A DNA stretch of 64,000 nucleotides from the human T2T-CHM13v2.0 reference genome, Homo sapiens: assembly GCF_009914755.1 (NCBI RefSeq), contig NC_060936.1. The stretch is one strand, 5' to 3'. The notes below the pieces were generated by a model, which was not told the origin of the DNA, made no database searches, and worked only from the letters and a program-made list of their open reading frames with translations. Positions 1 to 11,819 of this stretch are shown piece after piece (position 1 is the first letter of the stretch; the number at the start of each line of letters is the position of its first letter). Both the position numbers and the translations under genes were made by a program.

Positions 1-875
1 AAAAACCCCTGACTCCGTCAGACTCACACAGATGTTGGGACTACCAGCTTCAGAGAGGATCTACCCATTGTGGGTCTCCTCTCCGCTGAGAGCTGTACAG
101 TCATTGGGATGACCTGCCAGCAGAAAGGAGCTACCCACTGTGGCTCTCCTGTTTACTGAGAGCTGGACACTTGGGATGACCTGCCTGCAGAAAGAAGCTA
201 CCCTTTCAGGTCTCCTGAGAGCTGTTCTGTTACTCAATGAAGCTCATCTCTGCCTTGCTGACCTTCCAGTTGTCTGAGTACTTCATGCTTCCTGGCGGGA
301 CCAGAACTCAGTCCTGCTGATTGGTGGAACTGAAAGAGCTGTAACACAAACAGGGCTGAAACATGCCACCCCCCCGACTTGCCATGTTGTGGAGGATGAG
401 GAGAGAAGAGCTGTAGCCCTTTGGGGAGTGCAGACCTAGGAGCTCCCCAAGCCAGGGCTGTGACACCCTCTTTGTGGCTCTGTAGTTCCTGGTGTCTCCA
501 AGTTTCTGAACACCACCACATTCCTTGTCCAGACACAGGTGCCTGCAATGGAAACCACATGTGGTACATCTGGTCCAGCTGCTGCCTCACATGGAGCTGA
601 CACCTGGAGCTGCCCACCCCACCGCAGCAGCTGGTGTGCCTGGTTGTACACAGTGGCCAGACCCCACACTTGCTCGCTAACACATCCTTTGCTGCTCTAC
701 GTTTGGCTCGCCCTTGGCAGGTGTGGGATCTGGGTCAGTAGTGTCAGCCGGGCGCAGCCTGCTGGGCTGAGTGGACATAATAAGCCCAGTGAGCATGAAC
801 AATACTCAGGCAGAAGGTGCTACCAGTCGCAGAGGTTTCTGGCTGGTGAAGTGACACTCCAAGGATCCCATGACA
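1..875 (+). mobile_element. MER52-family ERV1 LTR, 3' part (runs off the window start)
   Basis: Repeated 'ctgcctgcagaaaggagctacccact' units and terminal 'aaggatcccatgaca'; colinear with the complete copy at 36068-38206. Confidence 0.85.
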
Positions 876-1351
876 ATATAAGGGTATCTTCGCTGTCTCT
901 CCCCCAGATGCCGTGGTGTTTACCCAGGAAGTCAGGAACCATCATGTGATGCAGGAGATCTAGTCAGGCTACAGCTAACTACTAAGAATGGCTCCGGAGC
1001 TGGAGTGAGCTGAGGTTCCTGATTCTGGGTGGAGCTGCTTTATGGACCGGCCCTGGAAACCCCCTTAGGGCCACAGCGGGACGAGAACAATTCCTTCATT
1101 CCCTTCAGCCAGCAGGGCAGTGTTTCTTGTTCACAGCTGGGGGTCTCCTGGATGTCCCCCCACGGCAGGAAGGCCCATGCACTGGTTGCTTCTGACTTAG
1201 GGCTGAGGGAGAATGAGGTGCTGTGTGGGCAGGTCTGGAAGGGGCACCACCTGCCACCCTCACCCTCACATCTCCTCCAGCAGATGTGGTTATTCTCTCC
1301 CTCCCTGGACAGACATCGTTAGAGAAGATTTAATCAAGGAAGAGCAATGGA

Positions 1352-1674
<323 letters not shown>

Positions 1675-1999
1675 CTAGATGAGTGAGATAATGGCCAGAC
1701 TGATGCCTGCTGCCCAGCCTGCTCACATATTCTGGAGACTCCTCTGCTCCTATTAGGTTAACAAGCTGTGTTTGTCAGTGAGATTGCAAACAGTACCTTC
1801 CCTCCATTCTATTCCCAGTCCTGCAGATCTCCTGGGTTTTGAGAGATGTTTCCTAAATGAAGTGACTCACTCTCTCCTCCCCGGTGGGTCCTGTAGACGG
1901 ATGCTGGTCAGGCTCTTTCCATGTGGGGTGGGGGACACAGGGCACAAAGTTCCTCCTGCCTGGCCCCACGGCAGAATTACTTAGGCTTTCCCAGGGCTC

Positions 2000-2376
2000 A
2001 TCCCAGGATGCAGGCCATGGCTGCCTTTGTGTGAAGGCTGCTTTGTGTGAAGCTGAGCCCAAGTGTGGAGGTGACTGGAGAACGTGGGAGAGTAGAGTCA
2101 CATAAGGATGGTGGCCTCCCTGTCCCAGGCTGATGGAGTGCAGTGCAGGGGCTGGAGCTCAAGCAGCCATCATGGAACGTGAGGAGGATCAAATATTGAG
2201 GATGTGTGGGAAGCAAGATGGAGGAGTCCCCCTCCCTTACGGAGATGAATGACGACACCAGGTCTGGACTACACTTCTCTAGACTGTTTTGTGAGAGATA
2301 AGTATGCTCCCGTCTTGTTTAAGCTCCTGTGTTTGTGGTTTTCCGTGGCTCACAGCTGATCCCACCTTAACCAACA
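2000..2376 (+). mobile_element. Old MLT1-type (MaLR) LTR fragment
   Basis: 3' end 'cttgtttaagc...ggttttccgtggctcacagctga...taaccaaca' resembles MLT1 termini; start approximate. Confidence 0.55.
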
Positions 2377-2459
2377 TGGCCATAGCATGTGCATTTCCTG
2401 ACCCTCTGTGCGGTGCTGCTACTGGAGAAAGCAGCTTCCCTCCTGGCTGTGGCTCAGCC

Positions 2460-2597
2460 CCATGTTCCTCAGAGCACTAGTTAAATGGCAATTGCTGATT
2501 CCTAAGTCTGGGCAGGGGCCTGGGATTCTGCATTTCTTACAGGCTCCCAGAGGATTCTGTGCTGTAGGTCCTACTCCACACCTGGAGTAGCAGGGGC
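2460..2597. mobile_element. MER5-type hAT-Charlie MITE fragment
   Basis: 'gtctgggcaggggcctgggattctgcatttcttacaggctcccag...acacctggagtagca' matches the MER5 core. Confidence 0.65.
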
Positions 2598-3922
2598 TTA
2601 CATGCTTTCTGGGGTCTCAGCCCAGGCGTCTCACATTCCCCACCTAGGACACTTTCTGTCCAGCTCCACCTGCAAGAACAGCCTTCAGAGAAAAGCAATC
2701 AGCAAAAAGGAATCTAACATGGATGTTCCTGGCAGAGAGTGAGGGCTCTGCAATGTTGTGAGTCCTGGAGGCCGCCCCATTACTCTTCAGCTGCAAGTGA
2801 CAGTTAATGTATTACCTTTCCTCACCTGGCTGCTCTGTGAGTTTCATTCCATAGCAGGAGACTGTGGCACCATTGTGATATCAGAGGCCTGGGGAAGATC
2901 CAGATGATGAGTTAATAGTCTCCATTCATGCTTCTCCGCGTCTGTGAAGTAGGTTTTATCAGCCATTTTGCTGGGTTTTAAGATTGGCTTCCCTTCTGTC
3001 TTCTGAAGGTTGATTAGAAATTGGAGGCTGTGGTACAGGAACCCTGACTGTACCTGAGGATGCCAAGCACTCTTCAAGGCAGCACGTCTGCCCGCAATCA
3101 GAAGGGATCACTCTCCCATACCTCCTCCCGTCCTTTCTTTGGCTCCTGCACAGACTCTTGCTATAAACGCAGACGGGGAAGCTGCAGTGCTGGGCTGGAG
3201 GGCCAGGCTTGGAGGAACTGTCAACTCGGTTTCTCTTTGGGCCCAGTAATCCTCAGTGTCCTCTCTTAGGACATCCCTGCAAGGAACCAGCCTGGAAATC
3301 AGCTGGTTCTCATGATGAACCCTCAGACCTTCCACTTGTTCTCGTGAAGTCTCCCCTGATTGCTCAAAGATTTCTGCCCCTTCCTGAATGAAACATTTCC
3401 ACTCATCACTTTTTTTTTTTAACAGTGAATCAAGTTTTGGCCTTATTCCAGGAAATCATCTATTTATTGGTGTGCATTTATTAATTTTTAAAGAGCATTT
3501 TCTTGAGCAACTACTAGAAAAAAATTTGGCGGTTTGACTCCAGGTATACATATTTGCTTCTATTCATTTCCAACTCTTAATCATTTATATCAGTCTATAA
3601 AATCATGAGTTTTGGGATTTTTCCTCTTGTGATAGTATTATTAGTATTGACAATATCTTACATATCCATTCTGAAATATCCACGTGCCAACAACTGTGTT
3701 TGGAAGCTTAGAAGCAATTTTTTTATTATGGAAAATATGTCAATTATTGATAACCAAAAGGAAGGAAAAGAACCACCTATGATTATGCCACTGAGAAAAC
3801 TGTGGTGAATATTTCATAGCTTTTCAGGTTCTGTGCATGTGAGAGCTTGTGTATACACTTACACATTTGTGCATTGTCTTCATGAAAATGGATTCATCCT
3901 ATATTATAACTGTCTTCTTCAG

Positions 3923-4203
3923 ATTTACTGAGGTATAATTGAGAAACAAAAATTATATATATTTAAGGTATGCAACTTGATGTTTTGTCTACCTTGTGAA
4001 ATGATCACCACAAAGTAATTAACATATTCATCACCTCACACAGTTACTGTCTTCCCTTCTTTCCTTCTTTCCCTTTCTTTCTTTCCTTCCCTCCTCCCTT
4101 CCCTTCCTCCTTCCTTCCCTCCCTTTATTTGGTGAGAATACTTAAGATCTACCCTCAGCAAATTTCAAGTATACAATACAGAAGTTGTTAACTAAAGTTG
4201 CCA
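3923..4203 (-). mobile_element. L1MA8-10-like 3' terminus (non-inverted part of a 5'-inverted insertion)
   Basis: 'cttaagatctaccctcagcaaatttcaagtatacaataca' is the reverse complement of the L1MA 3' UTR end. Confidence 0.8.
4052..4125. repeat. Polypyrimidine (CCTT/CTTT)n tract inside the L1MA
   Basis: About 70 bp of C/T only. Confidence 0.9.
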
Positions 4204-4671
4204 GAGAAGTTCCCTCCAAAATTAAAAACACAACTACCATATGCTCCAGCAATCCCACTTCTGAGTATATATCCAAGGGAAATGAAATCTGGATCTTGAA
4301 GAGAGATCTGCACTCCCATGTTCAATGCAGCATTGTTCACAATAGCCAAGATACGAAACAACATGAATGTCCTTCAAAGGATGAGTGGATAAATATAAAC
4401 TATCTCTATCTCTGTCTCTCTATCTAGACACACACATCAAAATATTATACAGCCTTAAAAAGAAGGAAATCCTGCCATTTGTGACAACATGGATGAACCT
4501 GGAGGACATTATGTTAAGCGAAATAAGCCAAACACAGAAAGACAAATACCACATGACCTCACTTACATGTGGAATCAAAAATAGTCAAACCCATAGAAGC
4601 TGAGAGTATAACGGTAGTTGCCAGGTGCTGGGGGGTGAGGGAAATGGGGAGATGGGGTTAAAGGCTACAAA
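4204..4671 (+). mobile_element. L1MA ORF2-end/3' UTR segment (inverted part of the same insertion)
   Basis: 'ccagcaatcccacttctg', 'ggaaatcctgccatttgtgacaacatggatgaacctggaggacattatg', ending at 'ggctacaaa'. Confidence 0.85.
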
Positions 4672-5207
4672 ATATTGGGCTTTTTTCTTAACAATACAAT
4701 GTAACAATACAGTCTAACTTTATTTTTAATGGCATTGATCTTTCTTCTCTAGCATGAGTTGTCCTCTGGTTGAACTTCAGAGTCACCTGAGGAGGCTTGA
4801 AGGACACACCCAGACCCTGGGCTCTCCCAGGAGGCTGATAGAGTCATGCTGATGTGGTAATGAATAGCATCTTATTTTATGGATGTCTGAGTCCCTCTTT
4901 AACCATGGCCACGTAATTGGAAATGGGTATTTTCACCTTTATAGATATCTATGGAGTACAATTGCCTTTATAAGTACATAACATACTAATAGATATATCT
5001 TTGTATACGTCAGGTATTGTGGATGCATTCTGGAAACTGCATCAGTGGGCCAAAGAACCTTTATCATATCTAATGCAAACTGTCACTGACACTCCAGAAA
5101 GAAGAGACCAGTGAGCAGTGCACAGTAGGGAGTGGCAATGCCCATCTGCCCACAGCTTAGCCAGCATTGGGTGTTAAATGGTTTTACTATCTTCCAGTTT
5201 TGTAGGT

Positions 5208-5530
5208 TCAGTCATTTATTCACTCATTCAGTAATTCTATTTTGCTCAACCACTCTGGGCCATGTTCATTCAAGTGATAGGGCCTCTATGGTGACTCAAG
5301 ACAGACACAGCCCCTGATCTTGTGCTGCTCACAGTTTAGTGGGAGATGGGCTTGAATCCAATAGCCACAAACACTCATGTGAAGGAAGCTGGGACAGCTA
5401 TGAGGAGAGATTTGTGATGCTGTGGGAACCTGTGGTACAATTTGACCTGGTCGAGGAGGTCAGCATGGGCTTCCCTAAGGAGCTGACACTCACTGCACTC
5501 TGGAGAGGGGGAGCGTCTGAGGGAACAACT
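5208..5530 (-). mobile_element. L2 3' fragment
   Basis: 'tcatttattcactcattca' tail plus 'acagacacagcccctgatcttgtgctgctcacagtttagtgggaga'. Confidence 0.7.
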
Positions 5531-5924
5531 GGTCTGCAGGAGGGAGAGCACATGGGAATGGGGACTGTCTACAGTGGCTGCAGTTCATCAAAGGTACATT
5601 CAAATAGGTGAATTTTACTGTAAGTAAATCATGCCTTGGTGAAGTGGGGCCCTGCTAGCTAGGCCCATGGTACCCCTCTACTCCCAATGCTCCAGCAGCT
5701 GGCCTGCGTCTCATAGTAGAGCCTGCCTCCTGGGAATGGCCTACAGGGCCATGTGGTCTGGTTCCCATTTTCTCTTGGCCTCAGCTCTCTTTTTCTCTGC
5801 ATTTATTCTGTTCTGCACACACTGTTTGAATGCATAGTTCCTCACCCTCCAGGCAGGCTCCTGCCTCGGGGCCTTTGCACATGCTGTTTCCAACAACATC
5901 CACTCCTAAACGGCTGTGTTCATG

Positions 5925-6093
5925 AGGGCGGGGCCAGCTTCATGGGCATACACTCAGGGCCCTGCATTTTGAAGAGATCCATGCTTGCTTTAATGCTCTG
6001 TTGTTACTAACATTTACTCATTTTTGAAGAAAATGCATTTTTTCATTCATTTTTGAGTGAGGGGCCCTGCATTTTCATTTTGCACTGGGCCTT
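5925..6093. mobile_element. MER91-like hAT DNA element
   Basis: 'ggggccctgcattttcattttgcactgggcc' hallmark. Confidence 0.6.
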
Positions 6094-6094
6094 G

Positions 6095-6402
6095 TTAGCA
6101 AAAGCTCTACACACCAAGGCTTGGGGGAGCTTCCCGGGGTGGCAGTACTTCATGTGTGTTGTCACACATTGTTGCTGGGAGAATTAAGTGCTGTCCATCT
6201 GAGTTAACTGGAACAAGACACCTGGAAGTTTGAATCTGGCTTCTCCAGGACTCTGACCTATGCACTTTTCCTTTTTGCTGATTTTATCTGTATCCTTTCA
6301 TGAAAGTAAATCATAACTAAGAGTATAACAGCTTTTCTGAGTCCTGTGAGTCCTTCTAGTGAATTATTAAACCTGAGGGTGGTCTTGGGGATTCCCGACA
6401 CA
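6095..6402 (+). mobile_element. MER21-family LTR, 3' part
   Basis: Terminal 'ctgagtcctgtgagtccttctagtgaattattaaacctgagggtggtcttggggattcccgacaca'. Confidence 0.8.
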
Positions 6403-6826
6403 GGAACTTCACCAAAACTTGTTGGAGGCAGGGGTGCCATTAAGCTATGGGGCCTCAATGGGAAGGGACCCACAAACTCACCAGGCCTTCTTCCTTCCTC
6501 TTCTCTATGTCAATGTGACTCTCAGACCAATTTTTTTCTGTGAGAATCAACCTACAGAGCTTGGCATTTCCTGGCCTAGCCAGCCAACACCATTGCAGAG
6601 AGGCCCATAGCTCTGGTCTGAAACCCCTGGTCAGAAATTCTGATGGGGGCTCCTGGGGTCTTGTGCCCTCCCCTGTAGGGGATATACTTGATGGGCACTA
6701 TGATTGTCAAAGGTTAAATATGTAAAAATATTCCCCACAGATGCTTTCCAGCTGGGGGTAGAATTCCTGATACATTCAACCTAAGCGCTTGGATGGTCCT
6801 AGAGAGGGGACAAGAGTCAATGGCTC

Positions 6827-7201
6827 TGCTGTGGTTTGAATGTGTCCCTCAAAAAGCATGTTGGAAACTTAATCCCAAAAGCAACAGTGCTGAAAGGTGG
6901 GGTGTAGTGAGAGGTGATTAGGCCCCAAGGGGAGAATGAGTGATAATGCCATTATTGCAGGAATGGGTTCATTATAAAAGGGGGAGTTTGGTCCCCTTTT
7001 GCTCTCTCTCACCCTCTCTTTGTCCTTCCACCATGTGATGCCTTCTGCCATGTTAGGATGCAGCAAGAAGGACCTTACAAGATGCCAGCACCTTGATCTT
7101 GGACTTTCCAGCCTTTAGAACTACGAGAAGTAAATTTCTGTTCTTTATAAATTACCCAGTCTGTGGTATTCTGTTTTAGCAGTACAAAATGGATGAAGAC
7201 A
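6827..7201 (+). mobile_element. MST (MSTD-like) solo LTR
   Basis: Starts 'tgctgtggtttgaatgtgtccc', ends 'aaattacccagtctgtggtattctgtt...gaagaca'; 5-bp TSD GGCTC/AGCTC. Confidence 0.9.
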
Positions 7202-7937
7202 AGCTCCTACATGCACGAGAGAGGGTGAACCTGGAGAGCTGGGTGACCACCCAGTGGCCACACAAACATACAGGCCTATCACCCATGTGGGGCATGATCT
7301 CAGGGCTATGTGTTCCCCATCCCTGGAGGTTGGGTTATTGATCACCACTATTTGTTCACATTCTTTCCGACAACATTGTCAAAGTCAGTGTGATCCCCAT
7401 GGCAGCAGAATGCACAGGACTGGGACTGAGCCCTTACTCCTGTCAAGGTTCCTCATTGCAGGGGTAGAGTGGGTAGCGGGTGAGGGAGAGGGATTCTATT
7501 TGAAAGAGGCAGAAAATAATTTGAGGCAATGTAATGGTCCTTAGGTTTGTGTCTCCAAACTCACTGAGACAAAAGCATCAGGATAGCGTTTCTAGAGAAA
7601 CTTCTGGTTTCCTGATAAGCCATGGTCTTTCTCTGGTGGTATCTGCCTTTTCCAAACATGTCTATATCCCCTGCAGAGCTCTTAACTGGGGCATCAAGAG
7701 GGATTTGATCACAGCTCTTAAGGGCCGATAGGTGGCACTAAGGATAAGGAGCCCACCCTCTCCCTTTCCCAAAGGCGAGGGAGGCTGTAAGCTATTCCAA
7801 TAAGGTGGTTGGGCACAGTCTTGGGAGACAGACTGTCAGATCTGAATATCCACAGGCACTGTTTTCACCACTGACAATCTGTGTGACCTTCAGGGAAACA
7901 CCAGGCTTTGTAATCTCACTCAGCTGCCTGGTTCAAA

Positions 7938-8198
7938 AATCTCAGCTCAAATGTTGCTTCCTCAGGACTTCTCTCCTGAATTTCTCTGCTTTATGTTCTC
8001 ATAGACTCCTGTATTTTTCCTTCTAATGACTATTAGTTTTAACTTTGTTGGTAGGATTTCTCAGTCCTTCTTTGTGTTCCTCTCTAGACTGAAATCTCCT
8101 TGAAGGCAGGGGCTCTCTCTGTCTTGCAAAGTTTTATGCCATCAGTAACACACAGAGACTGGCTCATGATAGAAAATCAGAAAATGCATGCTGAATGA
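7938..8198 (+). mobile_element. L2 3' fragment
   Basis: 'tctcagctcaaatgttgcttcctcagg', 'ctagactgaaatctccttgaaggcaggg', ending 'tgctgaatga'. Confidence 0.7.
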
Positions 8199-8934
8199 CA
8201 TGTGACAAAGCTCCATCAGGGCCCCTGGTGGACACATGGGGTGAGTTTTACATATCACGAGACTTAGAAAATGAGCTATTATCAATCACATAATTATCCT
8301 CAGAGAATCTGTGTCCTTTTTCCTTTTAAATACATTTGTGCATTATGAGCTTTTAATTACAACTAAGGTGGGTATCACTCTGCATTAAGATCTTGCATAA
8401 GAAATGAGGAGATGGAGACAGGTCTGAAAGGGTCTGGGTGTTTATAATGCAAAGTAATTGCAATGCTGTACCATGAAATGCATTTTGTTCTTGAAAACTG
8501 AATTCGAGTTTGATGTCTTTTGACAGCCTTGATGCATTTTTAATTCACACAGAGCCTCCCTTCTCTATGCTCCACTGAGTGCACTGGGGACAGGTGACAT
8601 TCTGGGAGGGGAGCTTGGGGTAAGTTTGGGTAGAGATGCTGTAATAAAAATGTCCAGCTCCCAAGTCCATCCCATGGTGGACATCAATGGGGGCATCTGG
8701 AGCCTGGGTGCAAAGGGTGAGGGGTACCAGTCCTATCACAGCTGAGTTGTGACAGGGGGTTTGCAGAAGGGCCTTTCATTTCCCAAGTAGCCTGAGTCCA
8801 AGGCTGTGCTGCACCCAAAGGACACAATCTCTGCCAGGGACAAGTCATAGTCCCTGCAGGTCCAGGTCTTGCAGCAGACCTGGACTCAGGGCAATTCAGA
8901 TAAAATGGGTTCAATGAAAGGATGGGGATCCTAT

Positions 8935-9032
8935 ATTTACTCATTTATCCTTACAATCATGTGAGGAGGTAAGTCCAATTATCCCTATTTTATAGATAAA
9001 GAACTTGGCCAGGGTTACATAAATAGTAAATG
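8935..9032 (-). mobile_element. MIR fragment
   Basis: 'ctcatttatccttacaa...attatccctattttatagataaagaac' MIR core. Confidence 0.6.
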
Positions 9033-9327
9033 CCTACATACACATGCCAGAACCTCCATATGTATCTCCATCAAGCCAAACATGAAAAGACAGAAACATT
9101 TTGAAATTTAACGTATATCCATCTGAACTTGAGACTTCTGCCCTGTTCTGATGCCTTGTACATGCCATATGAAGGAGAGATGAAAGTGAGCTTAGATCAC
9201 AGCCGCCTCACAGGCAAACATCTGTGAAACTGCATCCTCACCCCACCCTAGTAGGGGTTCCCCTAGGGGACTTGGTGGATAACACCACCTCCCAGGTACA
9301 GCTTCCTCCCTCGGCCCAACTTGGCAG

Positions 9328-9381
9328 TGCTGGGGGACTTATGAGTGCTGAAAGAGAGTATGTCCAAGTCGCTTGAAGGGT
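9328..9381 (-). repeat. 54-bp inverted repeat, left arm
   Basis: Reverse complement of 13184-13237, 48/54 identical, ungapped. Confidence 0.95.
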
Positions 9382-10099
9382 AAGGATTTGAAACTGCTCT
9401 CAGGATGGAATGTCCAGGTGCAGCATCACTTTCCACTGTCTCATTATGAAATTCCCAGGGGTCCTTGGCCTCCACTTTCTTTGAAGTATTAGGAATGGGT
9501 GCAGTAAACTCAAGTGTCACCTAACACCAGCTCCACTGTGATTCCCAGAGTTGCCTGAGGCCTCCTAGGATCTGGGGGGGTCTCTCCAGTCTCAGCCCAG
9601 CAGTTTTAACATCTCAGTAAAAACCCGCTTCCAATAAGGGGAGGGGTGCTTGGACAGGTCTTGGCAGTAGGACACAACCGGGGAGATCTATGAAGCGACT
9701 CAAAAAGTAGTGTCTGCATAAGCTCTTTTTTTTTAATCTAAGAAATGAAGGCTTCACTGCAAAGTATTTACTGCACCAGTGATGCTGAAAAAGGAAATGA
9801 ACTCCTGTGAATTACCTTATTTAAACATCGTGATGTTCTTTTCTGTGGATGATCTTAAGATGAGGAGTTAGAATTGTGAAGTGCTGTAGCAAGGAGGCGT
9901 CAGCCTAATGCACTAACGCAGCCATCTCTTTCTTAGGACCAAGCAAGGAAGTCAGGCCCATTATCCTTCTCTACCTTCTGCCCTGGTTTCCAAACAGGTT
10001 GCATTTCCCAGAGCATCTGGCATTCAGGATAGAAGTAATATTGGGTCCATATCTGGACCTTCTCCAATCTTACTTCTGAGCCTGGTGTCAGAATCAGCC

Positions 10100-11120
10100 A
10101 TGTATGTGTTACCTGTGTGCTGCCCGTGTCTGCATCTATGGATGTGCATCCTGTGGGTGGTATCTGTTACTTGTATGAGTAACCTGTGCCTTACCTGTCT
10201 GGTCCCATGTGAATTGTGACTTACGGGCTGCCAATGTGTGTTGCAGGTCCTACATGTGTAAGCCTCTGCGTGTCACCTGGGTGTGACACATGTGCTCCTT
10301 CCCAGTGATCTATGTACTACTGTGTTCCCAGTGAGTGTGGTATCTGAGTGTTTCTCGTGTGCTGCTATCTGGAGGTTATCTCTGCATATGTGACCTGTGT
10401 GCTACACTTATGCTCCAGTATGTTACCTGCATGTTTCCTGATCATATGCTCCTTTGATGCTGAGTGTGGATCTTGTGTGCGTGTTATCTCTATGTGTGTA
10501 CCACCTGGCTGCATTTCTTTAAGGGCTGTTCCATGGATTATGTGTATATTAACTGCATGCCATCTACATGCAACCTACACATTCACTCACCCAGGGAGTG
10601 AATGGTTGCTCACGTGTGTTATTATAACCGTGCAGGCTGCTCGCGTGTGTTGTTATGACCGTGCAGGCTGCTGGCATGCACTGTCTGTATTTCCTGTGTC
10701 CATGGTGCCTTCATGTTACCTAAGTGTGTCACCATCTTGTGTCACTTGTGCCTGTCATCTGTTTGCTGGTGGTCATTTGTGTTGCCACGTGAGTCTTGTA
10801 TTTTACCTGATATGTCGTGTGTGTGCGTTCTGCTGCAGGCTACTTCTGTGCGTTTGCCTGTAAACAACCTGTGTGTGCCACCTCCTATTACCTGGGCCTG
10901 CTGCTCTGTGTATTAAACCATTCCCGCATGCTTCCGTCTGTCCGCTGCTCGTGGGAGGAGTCTGCGGATTCCTTCCTTGTATGACCTGCATGGTGCTGTG
11001 TGTGGCGCTGCCTGGGTGTATCTGCATCACCCATGTTTGTGCCACCTGCACCTGTACTTATAGGTGTCACGCACGCAGGCTGCTGACATGATTATTACCT
11101 ATGTGCTACATGTGGACACT
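10100..11120. repeat. TG-rich degenerate tandem/low-complexity tract
   Basis: Recurrent 'tgttacctgtgtg'-like units; 31-bp tandem duplication at 10607-10668. Confidence 0.75.
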
Positions 11121-11139
11121 GCCAGTGTCACCCAGGCAC

Positions 11140-11780
11140 GGGGCCTCACGGATACTCACATGCTGCCGCCAGCGGAACGCACCCTTCCCTCTACTGCGGC
11201 GCGAGGGGCGGGTAGAGACGAAGGCTGGTAGGAAACTCTGGGAAACTCCGGGTCCTCCAGCTGCTTCCGACAGGGCCCTCCGGGTCACGGGAAGAGCCGG
11301 CCGCTGTCCTCACCGGGACCGGGACCAGGACCGGGACCGCGACGGCATCTCCCCGCCCGTCCCTGAGCCCCTCCTTCCGCTGGCCAGGACCCTCGGAAGC
11401 GAGCCCGAGCCACTCCCCCTCCGACCAGGGGTCGTCCAGAGGCCTGGCTCGGGGAGCCCCGCTGCTGCCCGGGTGGCAAGTGCTGCGGCCCCTCTGTGGA
11501 CTCCTGCCCGGCTGGCGCGGCCCTTCTCCGGCCTGACCCTGTTTCTCTGTCCCGCACGGGCAGACGCGGGGACAGCGGGCTCTGAGGGCTCGGGGCTGGC
11601 GTCCAGGCGGGGTCTGCCCGGTGCCCCCCCCCCCCCATGCTGCCTTGAGGCCCCTCGCGATCCCAACGCCCGCGCCCTCCGGGTTTTCACAGCAGGGAAA
11701 CTGAGGCCACGGGCCCAGGTCAGGACCGCGCAGCAAGGAAGGGGAGTGATCCAGGTTCTGGGGTTCCGGATTCTGATCCG
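11140..11780. promoter_or_regulatory. CpG island, left lobe (likely promoter/first exon of the minus-strand transcript)
   Basis: Very high GC with dense CpGs, GC boxes, (GGGACC)-like hexamer x4 at 11315-11338, C13 run at 11624-11636. Confidence 0.8.
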
Positions 11781-11819
11781 GCTCTGTGTGGATGAGGACT
11801 CCTTGGGCTAGGAAGCCCA

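Noticed and set aside
1-875. Similarity to 36.8-38.2 kb suggesting a segmental duplication or one large provirus
   Set aside because: Both are diverged MER52 LTRs; the second has its own TSD, so they are independent insertions
10348-10863. Cys-rich 171-aa ORF resembling keratin-associated or metallothionein-like proteins
   Set aside because: By-product of TG-rich low-complexity DNA; no ordered Cys motif
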